NCBI GenBank assembly: GCA_043756665.1
Contig: JAYUQR010000066.1
Span: forward strand, 1-33,103
Direction: 5' to 3'
Length of the DNA: 33,103 nt
Source: Candidatus Altimarinota bacterium
Lineage (GTDB): Bacteria > Patescibacteriota > Gracilibacteria > BD1-5 > UBA2023
Positions 31,945 to 33,103 of the stretch are shown in pieces (within the stretch, counting starts at the first letter, position 1; each line of letters opens with the position of its first letter). The position numbers were made by a program, and so were the translations under genes. The notes under the pieces are model-generated. The model was not told the DNA's origin. It did no database searches and saw only the letters and a list, made by a program, of their open reading frames with translations.

Positions 31945-33103
31945 TTATGAGAGCTCGGATTTCTGTTCCAGTGGATGTAGAAATACTCCTTCTACGACTT
32001 TCCCTCGTGCAATTTCCTGATCAGGAAAGAGCTCGATATTCGTCTCATCGCATGCGAGATAATTTTCACTCCAGCCAGAGAAGTGGTAGGTTGGTGGAAT
32101 GTTAGAATCTTGGAATCTTTGGATCTTGGAATCTTGAATATTTGGTTGATCAATTGAAACAGTAGACTCTTCCTTCAGATGCACCTTTTCGATGAGGACA
32201 CGGACAGTTTTTCCTATCATATTTTCGGCGAGTTTGAGATATTCGACCTCACCCATTCGTATGAGCTCCTTCAAGCGGTTTTGTGCGATATGATTCGCCA
32301 CCTGATCGGGAAAACTTCCGGCAGGGACACTATAGTGATCGAGGTGAGCCGAGAAGGGAAATGCATGCAGTTGTGTAATCTGGAAATCTCGTACGAGATT
32401 CATGGTATCGAGAAAGTCATCATCCGTTTCGCCAGGAAATCCGACGATGAGATCCGCTCAGATATTGATTATTGCCCCGTCTGGACGCTCAATATTGCGA
32501 ATCTTTCAGAGCACTGTCCGTACTTGTTCGCCATCATAGTGTCGATGCATCGCCTTCAATATCTTCGATGATCCAGACTGGATCGAGAGATGGATATAAG
32601 CATTAATACGAGGATTCGCAAAGAGGGTAATGAGCCTATCTGACAAAAACTCCACACCCAGTGATGATATTCGGAGTCGCTCGAGAGTTGTTTTTTCGAG
32701 GACTGTTTCGACAAGTTCGATAAACCTCGATTCTTTATAATTATTCGATGTGGATGCTCACCAGGCACCGAGATTGATCCCTGTGAAGACGACTTCTTTG
32801 CCACCTCATTCGACAAAAGTACTGATCTCTTCGAGGATTTCCATTATTGGTCGCCATTTATGTCGACCGCGTGCCTGGACGGTGAGACAAAAGGTACAAA
32901 AATTATCACATCCCGTCTGGATGACCATGTATTTTCGAGTAAACAATTCCTTCCCAGCGAGTTTTTTTAGGGATCGGATTTTTGTCTGCATCATGACTCG
33001 CTTTTCTTCAGATGTTTGGTGGAAATCATCAGGGTCCTCAGGAAGGATTTCGATCTTTTCTCGATAGTCTCACAGTTCGCTATAGACTTCGAAAAATCGT
33101 GGA
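31945..33103 (-). CDS. mtaB: MiaB/MtaB-family radical SAM tRNA methylthiotransferase (5' partial)
   Basis: IQTGCDNFCTFC (CxxxCxxC), KEVVFTGINLGAWG, RIRISSL, HISIQSGSSKILKAMHRHY, ADLIVGFPGETDDDF, HAFPFS, TRAM-like tail GWSENY. Confidence 0.85.
32097..32144. repeat. Degenerate 8-nt tandem repeat (GAATCTTG consensus, about 6 units) inside mtaB
   Basis: GAATGTTA GAATCTTG GAATCTTT GGATCTTG GAATCTTG AATATTTG. Confidence 0.75.

Larger units (their letters stand above)
1..33103. other. Genome using genetic code 25 (UGA=Gly); CPR, probably Gracilibacteria
   Basis: In-frame TGA sits at conserved Gly positions: VirB4 Walker A AKSG*GKS (TGA 67-69), PBP *ASTISAQL, Ssb VI*NL, RecF *PHLDD and SR*ENK, CsaB NL*DE and IIG*GGL. 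All reconstructed genes end in TAA or TAG, and Trp is encoded by TGG. Confidence 0.97.

Noticed and set aside
27787-32144. CRISPR array
   Set aside because: The repeats seen are 7-8 nt tandem units without spacers, and there are no cas genes.
1-33103. Mass pseudogenisation suggested by the fragmented ORF track
   Set aside because: Fragments are in frame and separated only by TGA at Gly positions; this is recoding, not decay.

Overview
This is a chromosomal window from a bacterium that reads UGA as glycine (genetic code 25; Patescibacteria/CPR, most likely Gracilibacteria, though Absconditabacteria is not excluded). The fragmented ORF track comes from translating with the wrong code. With TGA=Gly the window resolves into about 20 densely packed genes: a partial VirB4-like ATPase; a BcgI-like two-subunit restriction-modification system; a hypothetical gene; pbpC plus a 2233-aa alpha-2-macroglobulin; efp; a 1483-aa fusion of an M48 zinc peptidase and an ABC1/UbiB-like kinase, followed by an HsdS-like remnant; tRNA-Leu(GAG) and tRNA-Arg(TCG); a membrane protein with an in-frame palindromic element; rpsA; tRNA-His; a 3D-domain/PG-binding protein; rnpA; an extended rpmH; an Ig/FN3-like surface protein with a sortase-type tail; recF; secF; prgI plus a TraC/VirB4-N-like gene; ssb; a CsaB-like pyruvyl transferase; two small genes; and a partial MtaB-like methylthiotransferase. 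The best candidate for an undescribed system is the peptidase-kinase fusion in the apparently variable efp-tRNA-Leu slot. Next is the palindromic element that sits in frame in a gene only because UGA is a sense codon. All translations and family calls were made by hand from motifs; no database searches were run.
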